A DNA stretch of 64,000 nucleotides from an uncultured bacterium (GCA_963819815.1 CAWFXL010000001.1:1504001-1568000); one strand, 5' to 3'. Positions 10,134-20,375 are shown, counted from the stretch's first letter. The notes: generated from the sequence alone by a model not told the origin. Program-made: numbers and translations.

Positions 10134-11021
10134 ATGATTTCACAAGAGCTCTATGCGCTTATTTCTCGCCTTGAGATAACTGCTAAAAAGCAGGTATCAG
10201 GTCCTTTACTTGGCGAATCTCGCAGTGCTCGTATAGGATCAGGTTTTGAATTTAATCAGTTGCGTGACTATATACCGGGTGACGATATCCGCTTTATTGA
10301 TTGGAAAGCTTCGGCTCGGTCAAGTAAGATGCTTGTAAGGCAGTACCTTGAAGATCGCAACAGGACGCTCTATCTTGTTGTGGATCTTTCAGAGTCAACC
10401 TCCTTTGGTACAACAAGTCAAGATGCTCATCTGGTAACCAAGAGTGATCTGATGAAGCAACTGGCAGGGGTTCTTGCCTTTGTATCCTTGCACTGTAAAG
10501 ATTCGGTAGGGCTCGTCATCTTTACTGATACCGTTGAGAAAATTATTCCCCCTCGCCAGTCGAGAAATCATACGATCTCTTTACTTAATACACTCTTTAC
10601 TTATGAACCAAAAAGTAAGCGGACAAATTTTGAAGCGCCTGTAGAGTACCTTTCTCGCCTGAAAGGTCAGAAAGCGCTAGTCTGTTTTCTCTCAGATTTT
10701 ATCGCTCCCTTGGAGCATTACGAGCGAAGGTTAGCAAGCCTTGCGCGACGTCATGATATTATGGCATTTCGGTGCTTAGATCCAAAAGAACGTCACTTTC
10801 CCCAAGTTGGGACCCTTATTTTTGAAGATGCAGAGCTTGATGTGCAGACGACGATAGCAGGTCAAAAAGAACGAGTATTTAACCAATCGCTTACTGAGTG
10901 GCATACTGCACAGAGAGATCGTTTGAATGCTGCACGAATCGACTGCCTTGATATTGAGGTGGGCACACCTTTTACAGGACCTTTGGTATCATTTTTGCGG
11001 TACCGTGCTTTTAGAGACTAA
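10134..11021 (+). CDS. DUF58 domain protein (MoxR-associated)
   Basis: GSGFEFNQLRDYIPGDDIRFIDWKASAR, VDLSES and FLSDF motifs. Confidence 0.9.
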   Translation: MISQELYALISRLEITAKKQVSGPLLGESRSARIGSGFEFNQLRDYIPGDDIRFIDWKASARSSKMLVRQYLEDRNRTLYLVVDLSESTSFGTTSQDAHLVTKSDLMKQLAGVLAFVSLHCKDSVGLVIFTDTVEKIIPPRQSRNHTISLLNTLFTYEPKSKRTNFEAPVEYLSRLKGQKALVCFLSDFIAPLEHYERRLASLARRHDIMAFRCLDPKERHFPQVGTLIFEDAELDVQTTIAGQKERVFNQSLTEWHTAQRDRLNAARIDCLDIEVGTPFTGPLVSFLRYRAFRD

Positions 11022-11030
11022 GGAGATAGT

Positions 11031-11522
11031 ATGGAAGAAATCACTTTGAATGAAGTTTATGGAATTTGGCATACTTCTTTTTGGCAAACCTTGCCCGGTT
11101 ATGCTATACTTAGTACACTTGCCCTCATTGTTTTTTGTCTCGGTTATCTGATAGTGCGTTCAGTACTGAGATACCGGCGGGGAACCACGAAAGATGAAGC
11201 CTTACGAAACTTACGAGTTCTTGCAGGTCAGGTATCAAAAGGGCAAGTAGAGCTACGAAAGGTGTACCAGGAGTTGACCGACATTGTAAAAAGTTATGCT
11301 CAATGGCGTTATGCAATGCCTCAAGGGATGACCGATTATGAGTTGATTATCTGGTTGAAAGAAGTTGGCTGTGAAGATATGTTGCGTAAGAGTATTGAAC
11401 ATATTATTGCTGATGCTCAAGCAGTCAAGTTTGGACGATTCGATGCGCCTAAAGAGCAGGTTCTCAAAGATATAGCTCAAACAACTTCGTTTATTGAAGT
11501 TGCGGGTGAGCCGACTAAGTAA
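11031..11522 (+). CDS. Single-TM membrane protein, BatD/DUF4381-like companion of DUF58
   Basis: N-terminal TM helix; ELTDIVKSY...MTDYE...ADAQAVKFG pattern; follows DUF58. Confidence 0.6.
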   Translation: MEEITLNEVYGIWHTSFWQTLPGYAILSTLALIVFCLGYLIVRSVLRYRRGTTKDEALRNLRVLAGQVSKGQVELRKVYQELTDIVKSYAQWRYAMPQGMTDYELIIWLKEVGCEDMLRKSIEHIIADAQAVKFGRFDAPKEQVLKDIAQTTSFIEVAGEPTK

Positions 11523-11533
11523 CTGAGGCGAAT

Positions 11534-12718
11534 GTGCACCACTCAAATGACCATACCTTGAGGCCTGTATCAAAGGACACTGGTCCGGTCTCTTCCTTTT
11601 ATATTCATTGGCCATTTTGTCCCTATCGGTGTCATTTCTGTCCGTTTGTTGCTCTTGCTGGTCAAGATGAACATATGCCTGAATATCATAAAATTCTTAT
11701 ACAAGAGATAGAGACCTATCTTAAGACTCATCCTACAGGACCTCTCAAAACAATATTCTTTGGTGGGGGAACGCCAAGTACGTATCCTCCAGAGCTCTTA
11801 ACTCAAACACTGGAGGTTTTGGCGGACCGCTGCGGCTTTGAACAGGACCATGAAATAACCCTTGAGGTAAATCCAGGAACAGTAAGTCCAACTAAGTTAG
11901 CTGCTTGGAAGAATGCGGGTATTAATAGACTCTCCATAGGGGTTCAAAGTCTGAAAGATGACGTGCTGAGAAAACTTAATAGACACCAAAAAGCTGAAGA
12001 GGTTCGTTGGCTTATTACCCATGCGGCACCACTTTTTGATAATGTATCTGTCGATCTTATCGTGGGGCTTCCTGGAGTTTCTCCAACTGAGTGGAGGGAG
12101 ATGATAGCATCTGTTGTAACTTGGCCAATTCAGCATGTATCGATGTATTTTCTGACGGTTCATGAAGATACGCAGCTCTATTACGGAGTTACCTCGAAGA
12201 CGGTAACCTTACCCTGTGATGATGAGGTTGTGGATCTCTATCACGAGACGATTGAAACTTTTGCCAAAGCAGGCTTTGATCAGTATGAAATCTCTAATTT
12301 TAGTCGGGCTGGTTGGCATTCAAAACATAATTCAGTGTATTGGCAAAGAAAACCCTATAAGGGCTTTGGGTTGGGTGCTTGCTCATTTGATGGTAAGCAA
12401 CGTACACAAAATACTAAGAATCTCTTGAAATATTTTGAGGAAATACGTAATACTGGTATAAGTGTCCTGTTTTCTGAAGATTTATCGGATAAACAGGTGT
12501 GGCTCGAGCAGCTTATGCTCGGTCTACGGCAACGAAGAGGCATCGTTGTCGCTGATATTCTAGAGCCACTTACTGAAAAAGAAAAAAAGGAGTTTAGTAA
12601 GAAGTCCCAGGAGCTTCTGAATGCACGCTTGGTGTCTGCATCTGAGGGAAAGATGATGCTTACGCCTGCAGGGCTTTCAGTGGCTAACGAAGTAATTGTG
12701 AAACTTTCGTGCATATGA
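11534..12718 (+). CDS. hemW: Radical SAM heme chaperone HemW (HemN-like)
   Basis: YIHWPFCPYRCHFC, FFGGGTPS, EVNP, RLSIGVQS, YEISNF and HNSVYW motifs; start uncertain. Confidence 0.9.
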   Translation: MHHSNDHTLRPVSKDTGPVSSFYIHWPFCPYRCHFCPFVALAGQDEHMPEYHKILIQEIETYLKTHPTGPLKTIFFGGGTPSTYPPELLTQTLEVLADRCGFEQDHEITLEVNPGTVSPTKLAAWKNAGINRLSIGVQSLKDDVLRKLNRHQKAEEVRWLITHAAPLFDNVSVDLIVGLPGVSPTEWREMIASVVTWPIQHVSMYFLTVHEDTQLYYGVTSKTVTLPCDDEVVDLYHETIETFAKAGFDQYEISNFSRAGWHSKHNSVYWQRKPYKGFGLGACSFDGKQRTQNTKNLLKYFEEIRNTGISVLFSEDLSDKQVWLEQLMLGLRQRRGIVVADILEPLTEKEKKEFSKKSQELLNARLVSASEGKMMLTPAGLSVANEVIVKLSCI

Positions 12719-12740
12719 CCATATCAACCGAGGGAACAAT

Positions 12741-13202
12741 ATGGCTAAACATGTCGGCGTAAAATTACCTGAGGATTTAAAGGCTCTGCTGCTCACAGAA
12801 AATGTGATCTGTGTGTTAGCGACCTTTTCTGAGAAAGGGTTGCCCAATACTACTCCTATACAGTGCGTCTATCCAAAGGGTGCTGAAAGCATCCTGATGA
12901 CCATTCATAAGGATCATACTGGCTACCATAATATGGTATGGCAGAAAAAAGTGATGCTATGCTTCTTAGATAAGGGCAACATTGCCTATAGTATCTTGGG
13001 GCGCGCTGGTGTCGTGCGAGCACCTTCGTTAATTCATCCTTTGATGAACGTAGTACGTATTGATATTATCGATATCAAAAGTGACCGCTCAGTGCTTTCA
13101 CGCGTAGAGTCGGGGGTAACCTGGAGTTATACCTCTGCTGAAGCTGAAGAGCTGAGTCAGGCCCTCATGAATGAGCTTAAGGAGTTATCACGCACTTTGT
13201 AA
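12741..13202 (+). CDS. Pyridoxamine 5'-phosphate oxidase-like (split barrel) protein
   Basis: VLATFSEKGLPNTTP...TGYHN pattern and size typical of the family. Confidence 0.65.
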   Translation: MAKHVGVKLPEDLKALLLTENVICVLATFSEKGLPNTTPIQCVYPKGAESILMTIHKDHTGYHNMVWQKKVMLCFLDKGNIAYSILGRAGVVRAPSLIHPLMNVVRIDIIDIKSDRSVLSRVESGVTWSYTSAEAEELSQALMNELKELSRTL

Positions 13203-13273
13203 GGGTAATACTTGCAATTATCAGAACGAGCGTTCATACTAGCAGGTGAACTTACAGGGTCATCGGGTGTATT

Positions 13274-14797
13274 ATGTGCAGATATCTCTTTACCATCTTA
13301 GCAATAGCATGTTTCCTACAGGGGAACACCTATGGGCAGCATCTTGATAGCTTATCGGATGATGAGACGTCATTAGAAGGCTCGCATGCTTTTACCGGTA
13401 TACCATCGGTAGCTCTTGCGGATGATTCTGAAGATCCTGATTCAGGTAACTGGTATGAAAAGCTTCGCTGGTGGAAAGAAGCCAAAGCACTCTATACCGT
13501 CGACATTCGCTCAGCGATGGATGAACTTGAGGTTATCTATGAGGAGCTTGAAAGCAAGAAGAATGATATTCTCTCAGCTCTTGATAGCTATTCAGCTTCG
13601 CTGCCTTTAAAAAGACAAGCTGCTATACATGTTATTGACGATCTTCTGAATGACCTAACTAAACGACAAGAAGCCTTAGCTCAAGAGCGCACACGCACCC
13701 AAACGCGAAAGAATCCTGAAGAAACGACCGAGCTTGAAGATCATCAGAAGATGCTCAATGAGCTCAAGAAGGAATTTGAGGATTTTAATACGCTCTATCA
13801 GCGGTTAAAGCAAGTATTTGAAGTGGTTATTCCTGCACAGATGCAAACTGCTCATAACTACAGTGAGGAAGCGCTTGCAGCTTATGAAGGAATCGAAGAA
13901 ACACTTGACGATAAGAAGGCTCATGGATTATTTAATCAGGTTCAAAATGGTCTTGAAAATATCCAAGCTATAAGTATGTACCTCAGAGAATCATTATGGA
14001 ACTTTATCGATAAAGCCTGGAATAGCTCTGAGCAGCTGATGCCCAAAATTACCAAAAGTATTACCGACCTTGAAGAAAAAGGTGTGGTGGTGCGTCCTTT
14101 GTCTGCCCAAGAAAAGGCGCAGATGGCCAAACTAGAAGAGGAACGTAAGGCAAAACGGGCTCAAAAAGAGGCTGAACTTAAGGCGCAGAAAGAATGGGAA
14201 GCTCTCCCTTGGTGGCAGAAAGCCTATATGTCAGTTGGGTACTTCTTTTCAAAGATAGGATCAGTTCTCTGGCAGGGAATATCGAAACCATTTACTTGGT
14301 TGGCCGGATTATTTACCGCGCAAGAGGCTGAGAAACCTGAGACGGGCAAGGCTGCAAAAACAAAAAATGGCGTGGCGACTGCTGAAACTGCAGTACCCCA
14401 ACCTCCTCTTCCCACCAAATTACCCGTTGTGGTATCGGGAGCATTAGCACCGCAGAATGGCGCTCAAAAGAATGCGGGTACTGAAAAGGTACAATTCCCT
14501 GAATCAAAAGCACCGATTCAGCCGGTGGGGCGTTCGATATCTCGCAATGAACAACGGCTAGAAAAGCCGGCAAATTCCTCAGAATCGCACAAATCCCGCG
14601 ATGCTGAAGAGCTTGAAGGTGAGGAGCCGACTATCGAGGATGAAGATATTGAAGGTGAAGAATCTGATGATGAGAGTGAGGAAGCTGATGAAGAAGAGGG
14701 TTCTGAGCTTGAATCTGAAGAGGAAGAGTCTCCTGAAGCTGAGCCTGAGAATGCAAAGCCAGACCAAAAAAATCAAAACAATAACTCCAAAGGTTAA
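13274..14797 (+). CDS. Hypothetical exported coiled-coil protein with aromatic amphipathic segment and acidic disordered tail
   Basis: 507-aa ORF with signal peptide, helical core, Trp-rich segment and E/D-rich C terminus. Confidence 0.75.
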   Translation: MCRYLFTILAIACFLQGNTYGQHLDSLSDDETSLEGSHAFTGIPSVALADDSEDPDSGNWYEKLRWWKEAKALYTVDIRSAMDELEVIYEELESKKNDILSALDSYSASLPLKRQAAIHVIDDLLNDLTKRQEALAQERTRTQTRKNPEETTELEDHQKMLNELKKEFEDFNTLYQRLKQVFEVVIPAQMQTAHNYSEEALAAYEGIEETLDDKKAHGLFNQVQNGLENIQAISMYLRESLWNFIDKAWNSSEQLMPKITKSITDLEEKGVVVRPLSAQEKAQMAKLEEERKAKRAQKEAELKAQKEWEALPWWQKAYMSVGYFFSKIGSVLWQGISKPFTWLAGLFTAQEAEKPETGKAAKTKNGVATAETAVPQPPLPTKLPVVVSGALAPQNGAQKNAGTEKVQFPESKAPIQPVGRSISRNEQRLEKPANSSESHKSRDAEELEGEEPTIEDEDIEGEESDDESEEADEEEGSELESEEEESPEAEPENAKPDQKNQNNNSKG

Positions 14798-15094
14798 GTA
14801 GAAACACACTACGAGCCTTGTCTGGTAACGAGAAAGCTTTCTTGCGATCTCTAAAAAAATCCTAGCGTAAAGAGCAAAAGTATCGTCCGAAGCATTCTGT
14901 CGCAGTCGCTCTTGCCCGCATTTGGCAAGTTGATGAGCGCATGGTGCGCCAGTAATTAATAGGTCGCTTTTTCCCCTAGACAGAGTTAATGATCAGCTTC
15001 GGTATGAGACCCGCTCATAGGGCTCTCCAGGGGGTTAACGAGGTAAAGATAAAGTTTGCGAGCTTTTTCTTCTTATGGTACCCTAATTACGAAG

Positions 15095-15181
15095 GCGGAA
15101 GTGGTGAAACTGGTAGACACGCAGCCTTGAGGTGGCTGTGGGAGAAATCCCGTGGGGGTTCAAGTCCTCTCTTCCGCACCA
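15095..15181 (+). tRNA. tRNA-Leu(GAG)
   Basis: GCGGAAG/CTTCCGC acceptor, CAGCC-TTGAGGT-GGCTG anticodon arm, long variable arm, CCA. Confidence 0.95.
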
Positions 15182-15218
15182 GAAATATCATCCGGAACTT
15201 TTTAAAAAAAGGAATATT

Positions 15219-16807
15219 ATGACACAATCGCGTACTGGGCTTATCGTAAGTTCTCTTCTCTGGCTTGGGGTAACCCTATTTGGGGCCTATTTCTTGAAAC
15301 AGGTGTTACAGCCTCCTAAAAATGAGCGGGGTTATATAAACTTTGGTATCGATCTTGTGGGAGGTACCTATTTAACGCTTGACGTAAAGGTCAATGATGC
15401 CGTTAAGAATGACCTCATGGAAGTAATGCACTCATTTGTTGACGTTCTTAAAAAAGAGAACAAACCGGTTCCGAGTGTTCCTACGGTCGATGAAAATAGC
15501 CTTCATGGGCTTCTGAGCTTTGAAAGTGCTGCTGATGCATCATCTGTCTTAAGCTTATATCGCCATGATGTTGCTTTTCCCAAAGTAACTCAAGAGGGGA
15601 AAAATCTCATTTTTGCCTATAGTTCAACCCAGCTTGGTGATATTCAGAAAGAAGCAATTGAAAGTAACATAGCTATCTTGCGTACTCGCTTGGATGCCTT
15701 TGGTGCAGGTGAAGTAGGTATTGTTCCTCAAGGTGAGCGTCGCATTGGGATCGAGTTGCCTAACGTAAGTGACCCTGAAAAAGCAAAAGCGCGTGTAGGT
15801 AAGGCTGCTATTTTGGAGTTAAAACCGGTATTTGATACGGCACGAACCGAAGAAGAGCTTATTAATCGTTCAGGGGGAAACGTGCCTGAAGGAACGATGA
15901 TTGTACCAGGCAGACAAGTTTCAGATGGGTTCTACCTCGTTCCAAACTATGCAAAAATTACCGGTAAACAACTTAAATCTGCAAGCTATCAATTTATACA
16001 GGAAGGGATGAGTAGTAAAAGTCCCCATGCTGTAGGCATTGAATTTAAGGGTGAGGGGATTCCTCGCTTTGCTGATATGACAGCTGATAGTGTGGGTAAA
16101 CAGATCGCAATCATTCTTGATAATATTGTCGTATCTGCTCCAGTTGTGCATGTTCCGATTGAAGACGGAAGTGGGAATATTACTGGAAGTTTTTCTCGTG
16201 AAGAGGCTGACGAAGAGCTTGTTTCATTCCTCAAATCTGGTGCTTTCTCGGCTCCTGTGGAAGTTATTGAAGAACGTCATATCGGGCCTATCGTTCGGGG
16301 CATGAATCGATTCATAAAGGACTCGCTCTCGTGTGGAATTGCTCTGACACTTCTGTTTTTTTTAGTGCTCTTTGTGTACAAAGTAGCTGGTTTATTTGCC
16401 TTTATCGTATTACTCTATAACTTGCTCTTGATCCTCATTGGCCTTGCAATGGTACCTGAAGCGACGTTAACGCTTACCTGGTATTGCGGGTATGATCTTA
16501 CCATCGGAATGGCGATCGACTCATCCATTTTGATTTATGAACGTATTCGAGAGGAGATCTATGAAGGATCCTCATTACGCAAAGCGGTAGATTCTGGCTT
16601 TGGAGGAGCATTGACCGTTATTTTAGATGCGAATATAACCACCTTTATTGTTGGCGCAGTGCTCTATTATCTAGGTTCGCATCGATACAAGGTTTTGCAT
16701 TGACGATGATGATCGGTATCGTGGCAACCTTAATTACCGGTCTTGTGCTCTTGAAGACGATATTCAATCTCTATATTGCTTCTGGAGCAACTTCGATCAA
16801 GATCTAA
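15219..16807 (+). CDS. secD: Protein translocase subunit SecD, with several apparent indels; full-length frame reconstructed to the stop at 16807
   Basis: GIDLVGG, IAIILDN..VSAP, LKSGA, IGMAIDSSILIYERIREE and DANITT motifs; the last TM helix (SIQGFALTMMIGIVATLITG) is in another frame after about 16680. Confidence 0.88.
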
Positions 16808-16857
16808 GAGGTCGCGATCTCACCGATCAAAGATCTCACAGATCGCGATCTAATACT

Positions 16858-16934
16858 GGCGACGTAGCTCAGCTGGTTAGAGCGGCGGAATCATAATCCG
16901 TAGGTCCGGGGTTCGAGTCCCTGCGTCGCCACCA
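16858..16934 (+). tRNA. tRNA-Met(CAT), elongator type
   Basis: GGCGACG/CGTCGCC acceptor (paired 1:72), GCGGA-ATCATAA-TCCGT anticodon arm, CCA. Confidence 0.92.
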
Positions 16935-16998
16935 TAGATAAGAAAAGTAAAGGTGCTGGGATAACAACTGGCACTTTTGCATGAGATAAAGGATCACC

Positions 16999-18741
16999 AT
17001 GAAATTCTCAACGGTAGCTCAAGCATTTTTAGCGCTCGGGCAAGAGTCTTCTCGTACGGCGATGACCGAGCTGTTAGCAGCCTTGTTAAAAGAGGCCACC
17101 CCTCATGAGGCACAACTTATAAGTTACCTGACCTTAGGAAGCTTACGTCCTGCATATCAGGGATATCAGTTTAATCTTGCTGAAAAAAGTATGATTAAAG
17201 TCATTGCCCAGATCCAAGGAGCAGAACTTGCTGAGTTTACTAAGCTCGTTAAATCTGCAGGAGATATTGGTAAGGCGATGAGAGAAGGTTCATGGCAGTT
17301 TACAGACCAAGGACTCTCACTGGAAGAAGTCTATACTCAGCTAGAGAGGGTACGAGCAATCTCAGGTACTGGATCTCAGGAAGAAAAAGCTGCTGCACTT
17401 ATAGAACTTTTAACGAAAGTTGATCAGGTATCTGCTTCCTTCATTACCCAAATAGTTATCGGAACCATGCGCTTAGGGTTCTCGGATATGACCCTATTGG
17501 ATGCACTTTCTTGGATGGTAACGGGAACTAAATCGCTTAAGAAGACTCTTGAAGATGCGTATAATTTGCGTGCTGATTGTGGCCTTATTGCTTACACCTT
17601 AAAGAAAGATGGAATAGAAGCCGTTGCCGCTATGCAACCGACGTTAGGTATTCCTATTCGGTTAGCAGCAGCAGAGCGCGCTGAGAGTCCACAAGCTATT
17701 ATTGAGCGGTTAGGAACCTGTGTAGCACAGCCAAAGCTAGATGGGTTTCGCTTACAGATCCACATCCAAAAAACTGGATCTAAGGTGCATATGTGGTTCT
17801 TCTCACGGAACCTCTTAGATATGTCCTACATGTTTCCCGATTTAGAGAAAGCTCTCGAGCCGGTGAAAGCAACATCACTTATTGTTGAGGGTGAAGCAAT
17901 TGTCTACGATGAGGAAACAGAACGCTTTCTCCCTTTCCAGGAGACCGTAAAAAGAAAACGTAAGCATGATATTGAGGAAGTAGCGCAATCGCTTCCCTTG
18001 AGGCTCTATCTTTTTGATATTCTCTATCTTAATGGGCAGCCAGTGATCAACCTTGGGCATGAGGAACGGAGAGCACACCTTATAAATCTTTTTGGTAGCT
18101 ATCCAAATGAGACCGTTCAGGTTATTGCAGAGAAGATCTGCCATACGACAAAAGAGCTCAGTGACTATTTTAATGAGCAGATAACCCAGGGCTTAGAAGG
18201 TCTAGTTGTAAAGCGGCCAGATGCTTCCTATCAGGCTGGTAAGCGTAATTTTAATTGGATTAAACTCAAACGACATCATGAAGGTCAGTTAACCGATACC
18301 TTAGATGCGGTAATTCTTGGGTACTATACCGGTCGGGGAAAGCGCGGTGCCTTTGGTATAGGAGCATTCCTTGTGGGAGTCTATAACGAAGAGACTGATC
18401 GCTATGAAACGATAGCAAAGGTAGGAACGGGCCTTACTGATGCAGAATGGCTTGACCTTAAGAAAAAATGTGATGTCTACAGAGTCCCTGAAAAACCTTC
18501 AAATGTGAGCTGTGCTCAAGAGCTTACTCCAGATGTCTGGGTAGCTCCACAAATCGTAGCGGTAATTCTAGCAGATGAGATCACTCAATCTCCGATGCAT
18601 CGGGCAGGATCTACAGAAACTACACCGGGATTAGCCTTACGGTTTCCTCGATTCATGGGCTTTGCTCTCGATAAGAAACCTGAGCAAGCGACAACAGTTA
18701 AGGAGTGTCGTCGGCTCTATGAGTTGCAATTCAAGGGGTGA
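16999..18741 (+). CDS. ATP-dependent DNA ligase (DNA-binding, adenylation and OB domains; archaeal/eukaryotic ligase I-like)
   Basis: Motif I QPKLDGFR, EGEAI, FDILYLNG, EGLVVK, WIKLK and ALRFPRF. Confidence 0.93.
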   Translation: MKFSTVAQAFLALGQESSRTAMTELLAALLKEATPHEAQLISYLTLGSLRPAYQGYQFNLAEKSMIKVIAQIQGAELAEFTKLVKSAGDIGKAMREGSWQFTDQGLSLEEVYTQLERVRAISGTGSQEEKAAALIELLTKVDQVSASFITQIVIGTMRLGFSDMTLLDALSWMVTGTKSLKKTLEDAYNLRADCGLIAYTLKKDGIEAVAAMQPTLGIPIRLAAAERAESPQAIIERLGTCVAQPKLDGFRLQIHIQKTGSKVHMWFFSRNLLDMSYMFPDLEKALEPVKATSLIVEGEAIVYDEETERFLPFQETVKRKRKHDIEEVAQSLPLRLYLFDILYLNGQPVINLGHEERRAHLINLFGSYPNETVQVIAEKICHTTKELSDYFNEQITQGLEGLVVKRPDASYQAGKRNFNWIKLKRHHEGQLTDTLDAVILGYYTGRGKRGAFGIGAFLVGVYNEETDRYETIAKVGTGLTDAEWLDLKKKCDVYRVPEKPSNVSCAQELTPDVWVAPQIVAVILADEITQSPMHRAGSTETTPGLALRFPRFMGFALDKKPEQATTVKECRRLYELQFKG

Positions 18742-18821
18742 GGAATTCTTAGAGGTGCGTGCTTCTCAAGTATCCCTACAGTTGTTCTGAATTGTGCTTA
18801 CATTTTTTCGGTAGTAAGAAA

Positions 18822-18847
18822 GGTGGAAGCACAAAAGTGCTCCCACC
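18822..18847 (-). terminator. Terminator of PstS-like gene 1
   Basis: Minus strand GGTGGGAGCAC-TTTT-GTGCTTCCACC then TTTCTT. Confidence 0.7.
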
Positions 18848-18877
18848 AATCAAATCAGAAATACAGTTCTCTAAGAA

Positions 18878-20209
18878 TTACCTGCATTTATCTTTGCATT
18901 TGTCTTTGCATCGGTCCCTATCTGGGCACGGTTTTTCATTACTTGGACATGTTCCTCCTGTGCAGCAGCTGTTTAGACCGGTGGTTTTGTCTACACAACA
19001 TGGGCATACTTTTGCGCTTATACAGCTTTCTGATGATGCTAAGCAGTCTAGTTGTTTAATAAATTGTGCAACAACCGATGATGGCAATGCTCCAAAACCG
19101 AGTGTAGTACCATTATTTTGTGCATAGGTTATGTAGAAGTTAAGGAACTTCTTCAACTCAATTGCTTGGCAATCAGACACTTGACAAGCAAGAGTTACAA
19201 GATTTGTAGGACTGGCAATAGGATATGCACCGGTAACTTTGCTATTAATAGTGCTATAGCGTAGTTGCGGGTCGCTCATTACATTCTGCATTGCAAGTGC
19301 AAAGGTGTTTGTATTTGGTGGTATGAATGTTCCTGATCCGTGGGGATTTTCTACGTTTCCTACCTCATTGGTTGGGAAAGGAGTCGAAGTAGGAATTTGC
19401 AATGGATATACTGATATGAGGTTATTATAGCCTACATAGCCTATCGCACCAGTAGTACCGTGAACGGTGTTTATTACAGCCTGTGTTCCGGTTTGTATAC
19501 TATAATTATTATTTGTACCGACAGGTGTACCATAAGCTTTTTGCCAATCAGTTGCTAAGAACGGACCGAAACCCTGAAGCGTCCAAGCTGGACTTGCGGT
19601 TCCGAGAACATCATTGAGGTAGGTAGTAAAGTCATTTGTTGAACCACTAGCGTCCGCGCGTACAACTATATGGATCGTCCTATTCTTATCAGTAGTAGTT
19701 GTCACATTCAAACCTGGTACCGCACCCCAGGTAGCATAGTGTCCAGCAAAAATCCCTGCAAGCATTTCAGCAGTAAAATGTAAGGGCTCGGTTTGACCTG
19801 GAAGATTATAGTAAGGTACTATGCCTGCAACTGCTACGGGCCAGTTGAGTAAAGGACCATTTGGACAGGTTTGAGCTGCTGTTGGTGGTACATCAGTTCC
19901 CCCAAATTGTTGAAATATAGGCTTGAGAATAGTATTCGTTATCCCAGCAAGAGAATTATTTGGAGTATTATTAGCAGGGGTACCGGTTGTGTTGTTATAC
20001 GTAAGCGTTAGAGCTGGGTCCTCATTATCATAAAAATTATCTACGACAAAATTGCTGAGAGAATAATTAGCTGTTCCAGTTTGACCTTGAACCGTTGATC
20101 CAAAGCCTGCAATGGTGTCATTTTTAAAGCAAGTGGATGTTGTAGTCTGTGCTGTCAGAGAAGCGCAGGCTACTGTTGAAAGTAATACTAAACTTAAAAA
20201 TTTCTTCAT
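18878..20209 (-). CDS. pstS: PstS-like phosphate-binding protein homolog with Cys-rich C-terminal tail (paralog 1)
   Basis: Signal peptide; GFGST, FGGTDVP, IVPYYNLP, VVRADASGSTNDFTTYL, GAIGYV and YPI motifs; 12 Cys in the last 55 aa. Confidence 0.8.
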   Translation of the reverse strand: MKKFLSLVLLSTVACASLTAQTTTSTCFKNDTIAGFGSTVQGQTGTANYSLSNFVVDNFYDNEDPALTLTYNNTTGTPANNTPNNSLAGITNTILKPIFQQFGGTDVPPTAAQTCPNGPLLNWPVAVAGIVPYYNLPGQTEPLHFTAEMLAGIFAGHYATWGAVPGLNVTTTTDKNRTIHIVVRADASGSTNDFTTYLNDVLGTASPAWTLQGFGPFLATDWQKAYGTPVGTNNNYSIQTGTQAVINTVHGTTGAIGYVGYNNLISVYPLQIPTSTPFPTNEVGNVENPHGSGTFIPPNTNTFALAMQNVMSDPQLRYSTINSKVTGAYPIASPTNLVTLACQVSDCQAIELKKFLNFYITYAQNNGTTLGFGALPSSVVAQFIKQLDCLASSESCISAKVCPCCVDKTTGLNSCCTGGTCPSNEKPCPDRDRCKDKCKDKCR

Positions 20210-20342
20210 TTGATTTTCCTTTTTAAAAAAAAGATTGTTGTGTGTTTTTTACGATTTTGCAAGATCGGTTCTTGCTTTCTTTGGTCTAAAATGTGTTACT
20301 CGCCTTTCGTTTTAAGAGTTTCCAAATTAGTTTGCAGTTTTA

Positions 20343-20368
20343 GGTGGAAGCACCGAAGCGCTCCCACC
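20343..20368 (-). terminator. Hairpin after PstS-like gene 2
   Basis: Minus strand GGTGGGAGCGC-TTCG-GTGCTTCCACC, homologous to 18822-18847. Confidence 0.65.
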
Positions 20369-20375
20369 AATCACA

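Noticed and set aside
10134..11522. Complete MoxR/Bat operon
   Set aside because: Only DUF58 and one companion gene are present; there is no MoxR ATPase or VWA gene in the window.
16285..16700. Programmed frameshifting in secD
   Set aside because: About six scattered indels without slippery sites fit sequence error better.
16858..18741. Island or prophage integrated at tRNA-Met or another tRNA
   Set aside because: No integrase, no phage genes and no duplicated tRNA 3' end were seen.
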